Assembly (NCBI GenBank): GCA_017451525.1
Contig: JAFTOD010000002.1
Coordinates: 190,964-254,963, forward strand
Source of the DNA: Paludibacteraceae bacterium
Lineage (GTDB): Bacteria > Bacteroidota > Bacteroidia > Bacteroidales > Paludibacteraceae
DNA: 64,000 nucleotides
Reading direction: 5' to 3'
The notes beneath the pieces were generated by a model. That model was given only the letters and a program-made list of their open reading frames with translations, did no database searches and was not told the origin of the DNA. Of the stretch, positions 34,087 through 42,809 are shown one piece after another. The stretch's first letter is position 1, and each line of letters begins with the position of its first letter. Both the position numbers and the translations under genes were made by a program.

Positions 34087-34989
34087 ATGAAAAAGTTTTT
34101 TTTCTTTTTTGCAGCACTATTAAGCGGTGTGCAGACTGTGTTTGCTCAAGCAGACTCTACTGCGGTTGAGATGGTAGAACAAACAACTAAAAGTGGGCAA
34201 GTAGGTGAGATTTTACTAGGTATTCTCATTCTGCTCGTTATGTTTGCTATTATTGGTCACATGGTTTATGAATTGTTTATTGTTAAAAAACCAAAGGCAC
34301 TTACTGTTGAAGAGTGTAAAGAGGCTCGTATGAATGCGGGATTGTCTCCTATGACCGAAGAAGAAGCACAAGAACTATTAAACAAAATGGTAGACGATAC
34401 TGAATCTTGGACTTCTTTTGTAAATGCGAACAATGAGGATGATAAAATAATCACTAAATATAGTCAAGCAAAGAAAACACGCCAAGTTTTGGAGGAAGTA
34501 GCAGCAAGCATGCCAGATAATTCTGATGTGGTAGAATGCTACAACTCATTATTGGAAATATACACAGAGTGCACAAAGCGTAAATACAATGCGAGTACAA
34601 CATATATAATCATCTCTGCAGTCTTAATGGTTGGTATGGCAATTTTGTCTGGGGCATATGAAGCGATTGCTTTTTGTGCAGTATCAGTTGGTATTTATAT
34701 AATGGCAAGTATGACACCTAATTATATCCTAATAAAAAAAGAACTAAAAGGCAGAAGAGGTCCTAAGTTCATGTCTGGATTTATTGCGGGTATTCTGGGT
34801 GGTGTTGCAACAGCAGAAACCGTAACTACAGTAACCAAATGGAGTGATGGAACAACCACGAAAGATGTAGATAATTCTAATTTCTGGATCTCTTTAATTT
34901 TGTCAATCGTTCTTTTTGTTGTATTGGCAATATTCATGTTCGTACTTGCGTTTATCAATTATTTACGCAACTATGTATTTCATTTTTAA
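34087..34989 (+). CDS. Hypothetical multi-pass membrane protein (AT-rich)
   Basis: 300 aa with a signal peptide, one TM, a charged helical soluble region and about 4 C-terminal TM helices. I recognise no motif. Confidence 0.6.
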   Translation: MKKFFFFFAALLSGVQTVFAQADSTAVEMVEQTTKSGQVGEILLGILILLVMFAIIGHMVYELFIVKKPKALTVEECKEARMNAGLSPMTEEEAQELLNKMVDDTESWTSFVNANNEDDKIITKYSQAKKTRQVLEEVAASMPDNSDVVECYNSLLEIYTECTKRKYNASTTYIIISAVLMVGMAILSGAYEAIAFCAVSVGIYIMASMTPNYILIKKELKGRRGPKFMSGFIAGILGGVATAETVTTVTKWSDGTTTKDVDNSNFWISLILSIVLFVVLAIFMFVLAFINYLRNYVFHF

Positions 34990-35013
34990 TCTCGAAAATA
35001 AATAATAGAAAAA

Positions 35014-35044
35014 AGAGTGTGTCGAATATAGATACACTCTTTTT
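35014..35044 (+). terminator. Intrinsic terminator after the AT-rich membrane protein gene
   Basis: AGAGTGTGTCGAATATAGATACACTCT followed by TTTT. Confidence 0.75.
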
Positions 35045-35124
35045 ATATATAGAATGCTAATACTACGTAGATAAGAAAACATAACGCCACCGTTATGACA
35101 TAGATAAGCGGCGGATAAGTTCTA

Positions 35125-35166
35125 GTGGTCACAAAGCGGTTACGAAGCCCACAGGTAACTTAAGAG
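35125..35166 (+). repeat. Diverged 42-bp direct repeat, copy 1
   Basis: GTGGTCACAAAGCGGTTACGAAGCCCACAGGTAACTTAAGAG matches 35230-35271 at 33 of 42 positions, and most differences are transitions. Confidence 0.65.
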
Positions 35167-35229
35167 AAATCTAAGTTGAAGCAAATTTAGCCCACAGAAA
35201 GCCCACCGAAGTCCTAGAGATCTCCTATG

Positions 35230-35271
35230 GTGGTCGCGAAGTGGTCACGTAGCCCGCAGTCAACTTGAGAG
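35230..35271 (+). repeat. Diverged 42-bp direct repeat, copy 2
   Basis: GTGGTCGCGAAGTGGTCACGTAGCCCGCAGTCAACTTGAGAG. Confidence 0.65.
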
Positions 35272-35342
35272 TGTTTATTCGCGAAATGGGATAAAAATAC
35301 GATTTTCGCCATTTATCTCTTGTAGGTATCACAAAATTATTG

Positions 35343-35350
35343 TACCTTTG
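35343..35350 (+). promoter_or_regulatory. -7 box (TACCTTTG) for the SDR/PPTase genes
   Basis: Matches TAnnTTTG, 58 nt upstream of the ATG. Confidence 0.55.
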
Positions 35351-35408
35351 CAGCGAAAAAGTACGAGTTAATGCTCGAATGTTCACAGTCTAAAGTCAAA
35401 GAAAATAT

Positions 35409-36176
35409 ATGTACGCACTAATCACGGGAGCTAGTTCGGGGTGTGGGTATGAATATGCCCGAATAATGGCACAAAAAGGATACAAACTACTCATAGTCAG
35501 CAATGAAGAAGCAATACACGACAAAGCACTGCTTCTTCGCCAAGATTTTGGTGTGGAGGTGGTTTCGTTGGTTCGCAATTTGGGAGTACAAGATGCTGCC
35601 AAAGAATTGTATGACTATTGCAAGGCAGCAAACATACAAGTAGAAGTACTCATCAACAACGCAGGGGTATATCACGATTGCGATTTCTTGGCAGATTCTG
35701 AGGGATTTAACCAATTGATATTCAATCTTCATATGCATACACCCGCTATGTTGATGTACTATTTCGCTCAAGACATGGTCCAACGTGGCAAAGGATATAT
35801 CCTCAATATGTGTTCAATCACTGCGGATATTGCCGTACAACGTTTGAGCACCTATGGTGCAACCAAAGCATTTTTGAGCAACTTCACCCGTTCGGTGCAT
35901 ATCGAATTGAAGGAGAAGGGAGTATATGTGACCAACGTCACCCCAGGAGCTATCAATACGGGATTATATAATATCCGTCCGTGGTTGACGAAGATGGGCT
36001 TGTTGTTGGGGTATATCGTACAACCTGATTATTTGGCTCGTCGTGGAGTGAATGCCATGTTCCGTGGGCGTGCTAAAGTGACGGTGCCTGCGTTGTGGAA
36101 TCATATCTTGCTTTTCTTGGTGGCACTGATACCTACATGTATGCTGCGCCTGATTCGTAAGTTAAGACTCTTCTAA
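35409..36176 (+). CDS. SDR-family oxidoreductase
   Basis: TGASSGCG cofactor motif, NNAG and a YxxxK region (YGATKAF). Confidence 0.88.
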   Translation: MYALITGASSGCGYEYARIMAQKGYKLLIVSNEEAIHDKALLLRQDFGVEVVSLVRNLGVQDAAKELYDYCKAANIQVEVLINNAGVYHDCDFLADSEGFNQLIFNLHMHTPAMLMYYFAQDMVQRGKGYILNMCSITADIAVQRLSTYGATKAFLSNFTRSVHIELKEKGVYVTNVTPGAINTGLYNIRPWLTKMGLLLGYIVQPDYLARRGVNAMFRGRAKVTVPALWNHILLFLVALIPTCMLRLIRKLRLF

Positions 36177-36200
36177 AATCGTAAACAGCTAAGCAGTCAA

Positions 36201-36773
36201 ATGATTTATCGCATCTTCGATGATATGGAGCAGTGTACGGCGGCGGAAGTGGCTCGTTTGCTGCCTCAGGTGTCCGACCAACGTCGAGCACAGGCGTTGC
36301 GCTATCAGCATGTGTTTGGGCAGTATTGTTGTTTGAAGTCGTATGAGATGCTATGTGAATTGCTGCGTGAGTGGGGTGGGGAAGATAGGTGTCCGATATT
36401 CACGTACAATGAATATGGTGCGCCTGCGATAGATGGAGGACCATATTTCTCGATTTCCCATTGCAAAGAGGGGATAGCTGTGGCTGTTGATAGTCAACCA
36501 ATAGGCATTGATATAGAGTCTGTGCGCCCATTGAAGGAGGGTTTGATGCACAAGACGATGAATGCTTCTGAGCAAGCATCTATCCTATCGTCCGATGCTC
36601 CAGATTGGGAATTCACCCGCTTGTGGACCAAGAAAGAGGCGGTACTAAAAATGCAAGCCACAGGTATCATCTCTGACTTGCATGAGGTGCTTTGTGCTGC
36701 ACCAAACACCCGATTCACATCCTTTGACAATGCGAATCGTCGCTATGTGCTGACCATAGCCCAACAGGGCTAA
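36201..36773 (+). CDS. 4'-phosphopantetheinyl transferase (Sfp-type)
   Basis: FSISH, GIDIE and WTKKEAVLK motifs. Confidence 0.85.
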   Translation: MIYRIFDDMEQCTAAEVARLLPQVSDQRRAQALRYQHVFGQYCCLKSYEMLCELLREWGGEDRCPIFTYNEYGAPAIDGGPYFSISHCKEGIAVAVDSQPIGIDIESVRPLKEGLMHKTMNASEQASILSSDAPDWEFTRLWTKKEAVLKMQATGIISDLHEVLCAAPNTRFTSFDNANRRYVLTIAQQG

Positions 36774-36779
36774 TGTGCC

Positions 36780-37133
36780 TTATTCTTCTTCGTAGTATCC
36801 TTGCTCAATGCCGTATTGCAATTCGCCATCCATGATGAGTTGCAATTGTTCGCTGGTGAGTGGACGACCGAGTTCTTTGGTTTGCTCGATGAGGTAGTTC
36901 AGTTGTTCGGTCTCGTCAATTTCTCCTTCGAGGTAGGTCACTTCATCGGTGTTATCCTCCTCTTGGAGTAGCCCTTGTGATACGAGGTAATCGTCCATCA
37001 AGTCCAATACCATCAGCACATCTGCTTGGGTTAGACCCTCGCGGTCAGCGGCAGGAATCAGATTCCAGATATACTCCAATTGTTGCTTTTCCTCAGCGTC
37101 CATAAGACTGAGTTCGATGTTAGAATTTGCCAT
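36780..37133 (-). CDS. Hypothetical small acidic protein
   Basis: 117 aa and strongly acidic. It has its own TAACTTTG -7 box at 37163-37170 (minus strand). Confidence 0.55.
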   Translation of the reverse strand: MANSNIELSLMDAEEKQQLEYIWNLIPAADREGLTQADVLMVLDLMDDYLVSQGLLQEEDNTDEVTYLEGEIDETEQLNYLIEQTKELGRPLTSEQLQLIMDGELQYGIEQGYYEEE

Positions 37134-37162
37134 AATAATGATTGTTTTTTCAAAATTGTTTG

Positions 37163-37170
37163 CAAAGTTA
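37163..37170 (-). promoter_or_regulatory. -7 box (TAACTTTG on the minus strand) for the acidic small protein gene
   Basis: Reverse complement of CAAAGTTA. It is divergent from the cdsA promoter. Confidence 0.5.
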
Positions 37171-37182
37171 CAATTTTTTTGC

Positions 37183-37190
37183 TACCTTTG
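37183..37190 (+). promoter_or_regulatory. -7 box (TACCTTTG) for cdsA
   Basis: Matches TAnnTTTG, 30 nt upstream of the ATG. Confidence 0.6.
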
Positions 37191-37220
37191 CAAATTATTT
37201 GACAAAAAATAGAAAAAGAT

Positions 37221-38084
37221 ATGAACAATTTTATTACTCGCACCCTGTCTGCAATCGTCTATGCAGGAGTGGTAGTAGGTTCCATATTGGTTCAGCCAGC
37301 ATGTTTTGGCGGTCATATGTTGCTGTTTGGTATTGTGTTTATGCTTGTCAGTACGTTGGCAGTGAGAGAGTTTCATCGCTTGGTGGGTGGCTCGGATGTC
37401 AAGATTCAGTCGTATGCTATGATGGCTAATGCGCTTCTGTTCTGTACCTTGTATTTCTTTTTCTATGGTGATTTGGTCTGGCGGTGGCTGCTGTTTGCAT
37501 ACGTGGCAGTGCTGTTGCTGACTATGATAGTGCATCTCTTCCGCGAGAAGGTGAATGCGGTGGAGTCTTGGGGTAATCTGTGTGCAGGTCAATTGATGAT
37601 TGCTTTGCCTTTTGCGCTGATGAGTGGGGTGGTGTTCCACCATAAATGGCTGATGTTAGCCCTGTTTATTTTGATATGGGTAAACGACAGTGGTGCGTAT
37701 ATAGTAGGCAGTTTGATGAGCAAGCGCAAAGGTGGAAATCATAAGATGTTTCCACGTGTGAGCCCTGCCAAGTCGTGGGAGGGTTTGATAGGTGGATTCG
37801 TGTTCGACTTGATAGCGGGATATGTGTTCTTCCGTGTGGGTTGGACTGCTTCGCTTGATTTGACGGCTTATCCATTGCTTGATAGCCTGCTGTTTGCGTT
37901 GGTAGTGGGTGTGTTTGGCACGTTGGGCGACTTGATGGAGAGTCTGATGAAGCGTACTGTCGGCGTGAAAGATTCGGGTAGGTTTATGCCTGGTCATGGC
38001 GGTGTGTTGGATAGATTTGATAGCTTGCTGTTGGCAGTGCCTGTGGTGTATTTCTTATTTGTTTATTTGCCAACGATTCTCTAA
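37221..38084 (+). CDS. cdsA: Phosphatidate cytidylyltransferase
   Basis: Multi-TM protein with the C-terminal signature SLMKRTVGVKDSGRFMPGHGGVLDRFDS. Confidence 0.92.
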   Translation: MNNFITRTLSAIVYAGVVVGSILVQPACFGGHMLLFGIVFMLVSTLAVREFHRLVGGSDVKIQSYAMMANALLFCTLYFFFYGDLVWRWLLFAYVAVLLLTMIVHLFREKVNAVESWGNLCAGQLMIALPFALMSGVVFHHKWLMLALFILIWVNDSGAYIVGSLMSKRKGGNHKMFPRVSPAKSWEGLIGGFVFDLIAGYVFFRVGWTASLDLTAYPLLDSLLFALVVGVFGTLGDLMESLMKRTVGVKDSGRFMPGHGGVLDRFDSLLLAVPVVYFLFVYLPTIL

Positions 38085-38090
38085 ACAAAA

Positions 38091-38966
38091 ATGCTCTTTT
38101 TGATTCGTATATTTAGTCTTTTGCCATTGTCGTTGTTGTATATGATGGCTGACTACGTGATTTATCCTTTGGTGCGTTATGTGGCGCGCTATCGACTGAA
38201 GTTGGTGCGGAAAAATATCCGATTGTCTTTTCCTGAAAAGTCGGATGCTGAGCGTGAGGCGATAGTGGCTGCGTTTTATCATCATTTTGCCGATATATTG
38301 GTGGAGATAATCTATGGTTATCGTGCGAGTGATGCGGAGATGCGCGAGCGGGTGGTGTTTGAGAACATGGAGTTGCTTGAGGACTTGGCGCGTCAGAAGC
38401 ATGGTGTGATTGCCTATTTGGGCCATATGTGCAACTGGGAGTGGTTGGCAGATGTGGGTAAGCAGTTCGTTGATAAGTCGATAGTGGAGTATAATGTCTA
38501 TCGCAGGCAGAAGAACAGCAATGCGGATCATGCTATGTTGGTGTTGCGCAGCAAACGTGGTGGCGAGTGCGTGGAGAAGAATGTGCTATTGCGTAAGTTG
38601 GTACAATTGCGCCATGCGGATCATCCATTTGTGATAGGTTTGATAGCCGACCAGAAGCCATCACCCCGTAATGCGCATATATGGACTAGTTTCTTGCATC
38701 AGGATACGGCTTTTTTGGATGGTGGTGAGGTGCTATCTCGTAAGTTTGATTTGGGCGTGGTGTATGCGAATATCAGGTGTCCTGAGCGCGGTCATTATCG
38801 TATTCATTTCGAGGTGATTACTGATAGTCCACAGCAGATGGGTGATGGTGATATTACGTTGGCTTATGCGCGCTTGTTAGAAGCCAATATCCGTGAGCAG
38901 CCAGCTCGTTGGCTTTGGTCGCATAATCGCTGGAAATGGGGTAAAAATGCAAATAGTGGTATGTAA
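38091..38966 (+). CDS. Lysophospholipid/lipid A-type late acyltransferase (LpxL/HtrB family)
   Basis: N-terminal TM, HMCNWEW (HX4D/E-type acyltransferase region), and the length and layout typical of HtrB-like proteins. Confidence 0.75.
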   Translation: MLFLIRIFSLLPLSLLYMMADYVIYPLVRYVARYRLKLVRKNIRLSFPEKSDAEREAIVAAFYHHFADILVEIIYGYRASDAEMRERVVFENMELLEDLARQKHGVIAYLGHMCNWEWLADVGKQFVDKSIVEYNVYRRQKNSNADHAMLVLRSKRGGECVEKNVLLRKLVQLRHADHPFVIGLIADQKPSPRNAHIWTSFLHQDTAFLDGGEVLSRKFDLGVVYANIRCPERGHYRIHFEVITDSPQQMGDGDITLAYARLLEANIREQPARWLWSHNRWKWGKNANSGM

Positions 38967-38991
38967 ATTTGGTCAATTGTGATTTTTTTTG

Positions 38992-38999
38992 TACCTTTG
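38992..38999 (+). promoter_or_regulatory. -7 box (TACCTTTG) for the bactofilin/DUF1015/OmpH string
   Basis: Matches TAnnTTTG, 40 nt upstream of the ATG. Confidence 0.6.
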
Positions 39000-39039
39000 C
39001 GGGCGGAAAGAATAGAAAATAATTTTGAAAGAATAATAT

Positions 39040-39408
39040 ATGGCAACAAATCAACAAAACACAGGTGCATTATACAATGCATTGACATCAGGAAGTAAGA
39101 TAATAGGAACCGTGATAACGGATAGCGATATCCGTATTGATGGTACCATCGAAGGCGATGTAAAATGCTCTGGTAAGATGGTTATCGGTGAGCAAGGCTT
39201 GGTGAAAGGCACGGTAGAGTGTCAGAGTGCCGAAATCATGGGAACATTGGATGGCAAGATCAATGTGAAATATACCCTTGCGCTTCGTGCTACTAGTCGT
39301 TTGAAAGGCGAAATTAATACCCAGACATTGATGGTAGAACCTAATGCAATCTTCAATGGTTCGTGTACGATGGGTAATGATAGCGAGAAAGTAAAAACGG
39401 AAAAATAA
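39040..39408 (+). CDS. Bactofilin-family polymer-forming protein
   Basis: Repetitive beta-helix pattern (IGTVITDSDIRIDGTIEGDVKCSGKMVIGEQGLVKGTVECQSAEIMGTLDGKI). Confidence 0.85.
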   Translation: MATNQQNTGALYNALTSGSKIIGTVITDSDIRIDGTIEGDVKCSGKMVIGEQGLVKGTVECQSAEIMGTLDGKINVKYTLALRATSRLKGEINTQTLMVEPNAIFNGSCTMGNDSEKVKTEK

Positions 39409-39417
39409 TCTACAATC

Positions 39418-40662
39418 ATGAAGATCAAACCATTTCGTGGTATTCGTCCTCCCAAGGCATTGGCTAAGCAAGTGAGCAGTCGTCCATACGATGTGCTCAA
39501 CTCTGATGAAGCACGTGCAGAGGCAATGGGCAATGAAATGTCGCTATACCACATTATCAAACCTGAAATCAATTTTCCAGAAGGTACAGACGAACATGAT
39601 GAGTGCGTATATGCAGCAGCTCGTCAGCAGTTTGACTTGTTCCGTGAGAAAGGATGGTTGGTGCAAGATCAAGAGGAGCAGTACTATGTATATGCTCAGA
39701 CTATGGATGGTCGCACCCAATACGGCTTGGTAGTAGCAGCGTGGGTAGAAGACTATATGGAAGGTCGTATCAAGAAGCATGAGCTCACCCGTCGCGACAA
39801 GGAGGAGGATCGCATGAAGCATGTGCGTGTGAACAATGCGAACGTAGAGCCAGTGTTCTTTGCATACCCTCATCACGAAGAGTTGGATGCCATCATTGCT
39901 CGCGTGTGCGAGGGAGCACCAGAATATGACTTTGTATCGGATTTGGATGGCTTTGGTCATACGCTTTGGGTGATTAGCGACAAAGAGGATATCGCTCGTA
40001 TCACAGCGCTTGTGGCTGAAATGCCAGCCATGTATATCGCCGATGGTCACCACCGCAGCGCGGCAGCAGCATTGGTAGGCAATGAGAAGAAACTGCAAAA
40101 TCCAAATCATCAAGGCGATGAGGAGTACAACTATTTCTTAGCGGTATGTTTCCCAGACAATCAATTGCATATCATGGATTATAACCGTGTGGTGAAGGAT
40201 TTGAATGGAATGACTGAAGAGCAATTTTTGGAAGCCTTGAAAGCGGATTTTGAGGTGGAAGAAATGGGTACTGCTATCTATCGTCCAGAGGCATTGCATG
40301 TGTTTGCCCTCTACTTGGGTGGACATTGGTACAAACTCACAGCTAAGGATGGTCGTTATGATGACAATGATCCAATAGGTGTGTTGGATGTGACTATTTC
40401 ATCGAATTTGATATTAGACAAACTGCTCGGAATAAAAGACTTGCGTTCGGATAAACGCATTGACTTTGTAGGCGGTATTCGTGGTTTGGGCGAGTTGAGC
40501 CGCCGTGTAGATTCGGGTGAGATGAAGATGGCATTGGCGTTGTATCCTGTGACAATGAAGCAGTTGATTGATATAGCTGATACGGGTAATATCATGCCGC
40601 CGAAGACCACTTGGTTTGAGCCAAAGTTGCGCTCAGGATTAGTGATACATGAATTGGTGTAA
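39418..40662 (+). CDS. DUF1015-family protein
   Basis: MKIKPFRGIRP...SRPYDVL N-terminus and an ADGHHR motif. Confidence 0.8.
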   Translation: MKIKPFRGIRPPKALAKQVSSRPYDVLNSDEARAEAMGNEMSLYHIIKPEINFPEGTDEHDECVYAAARQQFDLFREKGWLVQDQEEQYYVYAQTMDGRTQYGLVVAAWVEDYMEGRIKKHELTRRDKEEDRMKHVRVNNANVEPVFFAYPHHEELDAIIARVCEGAPEYDFVSDLDGFGHTLWVISDKEDIARITALVAEMPAMYIADGHHRSAAAALVGNEKKLQNPNHQGDEEYNYFLAVCFPDNQLHIMDYNRVVKDLNGMTEEQFLEALKADFEVEEMGTAIYRPEALHVFALYLGGHWYKLTAKDGRYDDNDPIGVLDVTISSNLILDKLLGIKDLRSDKRIDFVGGIRGLGELSRRVDSGEMKMALALYPVTMKQLIDIADTGNIMPPKTTWFEPKLRSGLVIHELV

Positions 40663-40688
40663 TGGGTAAATAATTAAACAAAAAAGAT

Positions 40689-41273
40689 ATGAATAAAATT
40701 CAAATTGTAATCAATGTAATTCTTGTGGCCGCAGTGGCTGCATTGTTTGTAGTAGTCTATACAGGTGATAAGCAAGAGGCACCTGCTGTGGCAGTGGAGT
40801 CATCCGAAGTGATGCCAATCGCCTATCTAAATGTGGATAGTTTGTTGGTAAACTATGTATTTGCTCAAGATGCTAGCGAACGTTTGATGAAGAAGCAAGA
40901 GGATGCACGCCTCAAACTCAATACCAAAGCACGTACTTTGCAAAACGAGATGGCTGATTTCCAACGCAAATTGGAGAACAATGCTTTCTTGAGTCGTGAG
41001 CGTGCAGAGAAGGAGCAACAACGCCTCTTGACCAAACAACAAGAGTTGCAAGAGTTGGAAGCTAAATTGACCGAAGACATCATGCTTGAGAACCAAAAAC
41101 TCAATATGCAGTTGGCAGATACCTTAACCAATTTCTTGGAAGAATATAATGCGGATGGTCGCTATCATGTGATACTGAGCAACAGTGCGAAAGATAACGT
41201 GTTGATGGCAGCCGAGCAATATGATATCACTGACGAAGTGATTGATGCGCTGAATGCGCGATGCGGAAAGTAG
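40689..41273 (+). CDS. OmpH/Skp-family periplasmic chaperone-like protein
   Basis: N-terminal TM or signal, then a Q/E/K/L-rich coiled coil, at about 190 aa. Confidence 0.75.
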   Translation: MNKIQIVINVILVAAVAALFVVVYTGDKQEAPAVAVESSEVMPIAYLNVDSLLVNYVFAQDASERLMKKQEDARLKLNTKARTLQNEMADFQRKLENNAFLSRERAEKEQQRLLTKQQELQELEAKLTEDIMLENQKLNMQLADTLTNFLEEYNADGRYHVILSNSAKDNVLMAAEQYDITDEVIDALNARCGK

Positions 41274-42800
41274 GTGAAAAGTAGATTGATATATCGTCCA
41301 TATGTGCGCTATATCGTAGCCGATGTTGTGGCATTGGTGGTGAGCGTGTTGGTGGTATTGGCGTGGTTTCCGCTCAATACTACCATCCCTTTTCAGAAAT
41401 ATAGCGTCTATACATTGATTTTCTCTGCCATATGGCTTGTTTCAAGCTATGGTTGCCATCGCTATATCCCCGTCAAATACATGAAGATGGGGACGGATAT
41501 CTTCCGATTGTTAGTAGCAGCGATATTTACTTTCGGCTGCATGTACGGCTATTCGTGGTGGCGTGCAGGTGAGAACTTCTCGATATGGGTGTTGCTGACG
41601 ATATGGTTGGCGATGATGGGCGCCTCGGTGGTGTTCTTGATATTGAAGCACGCGTACCGCTATGCGTTGGATGCCGATGAGGCACCGATGGAAGCACCCA
41701 AACGCGCTCCACAGACAGTGTTGCGGGCAGCCGAACAGTTGGCAGAGAGCGATAAGAAAGCCTTGCAAGAGAGTATCCTGGAGTTTGCCGAGGAGAAAGT
41801 ATTGCGCTATGTGGAGAAAAATGTGGACCTCTACAGCACCAATACGTTCACATTGCGTTCGACCGACTTGTACAACATCAAGAAATTGCCTAATTATCGT
41901 TTTGATGCGATAGTGAACTTTATGCCGTTGAATCAGATTCGTGGTGTGAACAAACTGTTTACAACGGTGAATGATAAGTTGCCTGACAATGGTATTTGGA
42001 TATGCTGTTATGAACCTCAATCGGTGACCAAACGCAATATCCTGAAGCGTTATCCTCCGATTATCAACTGGATATATTACGTGTTGTTTTTCTGCTACAA
42101 GCGCGTGCTGCCGAAACTGTTTATGACTTCGCGTTTGTATTTTGATATTACAGAGGGCAAGGATCGTGTGTTGAGTAAGGCAGAGGTGCTGGGCAGGTTG
42201 TGCTATTGTGGTTTTGAGATTATCGATGAACGCAAGAAAGGTGATTTGAACTATGTGGTGGCTCGCCGTAAGTTCCGCCCACAGATAGTGGAACGTCGTT
42301 TGTATGGTATCTTCGTGAAACTCAATCGAGTAGGGAAGAATGGCAAGGTGTTCAAGGTGTATAAGTTCCGTACAATGCACCCTTATAGCGAGTTTTTGCA
42401 GGCTTATATCTACGACCGCTATTCGTTGCAAGAAGGCGGTAAATTCAACCACGATATACGTGTGACCACTTTGGGAAGATGGATGCGCAAATGTTGGGTG
42501 GATGAGTTGCCGATGTTGCTCAACTTGATAAAAGGAGACATGAAACTGGTGGGCGTGCGTCCAATATCGAAACACTATTTCTCATTGTACAGCAATGAGT
42601 TGCAAGAGAAGCGCGTGAAACATATGCCTGGCCTGTTGCCACCATTTTATGCGGATATGCCGAAGACACTCGACGAGATAGAGGCATCTGAGATGCGTTA
42701 CCTGACGATGTGTGAAGAGCGGGGTACATTCGTTACTGATGTGATTTATTTTTGGCGAATATTCTATACGATAGTGTTTAAACGGGCGAGAAGCCATTAG
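41274..42800 (+). CDS. Polyprenyl-phosphate sugar-phosphate transferase (Bac_transf catalytic domain) with atypical N-terminal architecture
   Basis: The C-terminal domain has KFRTM, DIRVTTLGRWMRK, VDELPMLLNLIKGDMKLVGVRP. The N-terminus has 4-5 TM followed by a soluble domain of about 200 aa. GTG start lies directly after the preceding stop. Confidence 0.8.
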   Translation: MKSRLIYRPYVRYIVADVVALVVSVLVVLAWFPLNTTIPFQKYSVYTLIFSAIWLVSSYGCHRYIPVKYMKMGTDIFRLLVAAIFTFGCMYGYSWWRAGENFSIWVLLTIWLAMMGASVVFLILKHAYRYALDADEAPMEAPKRAPQTVLRAAEQLAESDKKALQESILEFAEEKVLRYVEKNVDLYSTNTFTLRSTDLYNIKKLPNYRFDAIVNFMPLNQIRGVNKLFTTVNDKLPDNGIWICCYEPQSVTKRNILKRYPPIINWIYYVLFFCYKRVLPKLFMTSRLYFDITEGKDRVLSKAEVLGRLCYCGFEIIDERKKGDLNYVVARRKFRPQIVERRLYGIFVKLNRVGKNGKVFKVYKFRTMHPYSEFLQAYIYDRYSLQEGGKFNHDIRVTTLGRWMRKCWVDELPMLLNLIKGDMKLVGVRPISKHYFSLYSNELQEKRVKHMPGLLPPFYADMPKTLDEIEASEMRYLTMCEERGTFVTDVIYFWRIFYTIVFKRARSH

Positions 42801-42809
42801 CCTTAAGAG

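Noticed and set aside
21430-35300. Idea that the odd non-coding tracts at 21.5 kb and 35.1 kb are inverted terminal repeats of a large mobile or invertible segment
   Set aside because: Comparing one tract with the reverse complement of the other shows only short shared words (TACGTAG, GATAAG, CGAAGTGG) and no extended alignment. The interval contains gyrA, def and other essential genes and no recombinase.
41511-42575. 354-aa minus-strand ORF antisense to the sugar transferase gene
   Set aside because: It is a shadow ORF with H/Q/I/R-rich nonsense composition, while the + strand carries clear Bac_transf motifs.
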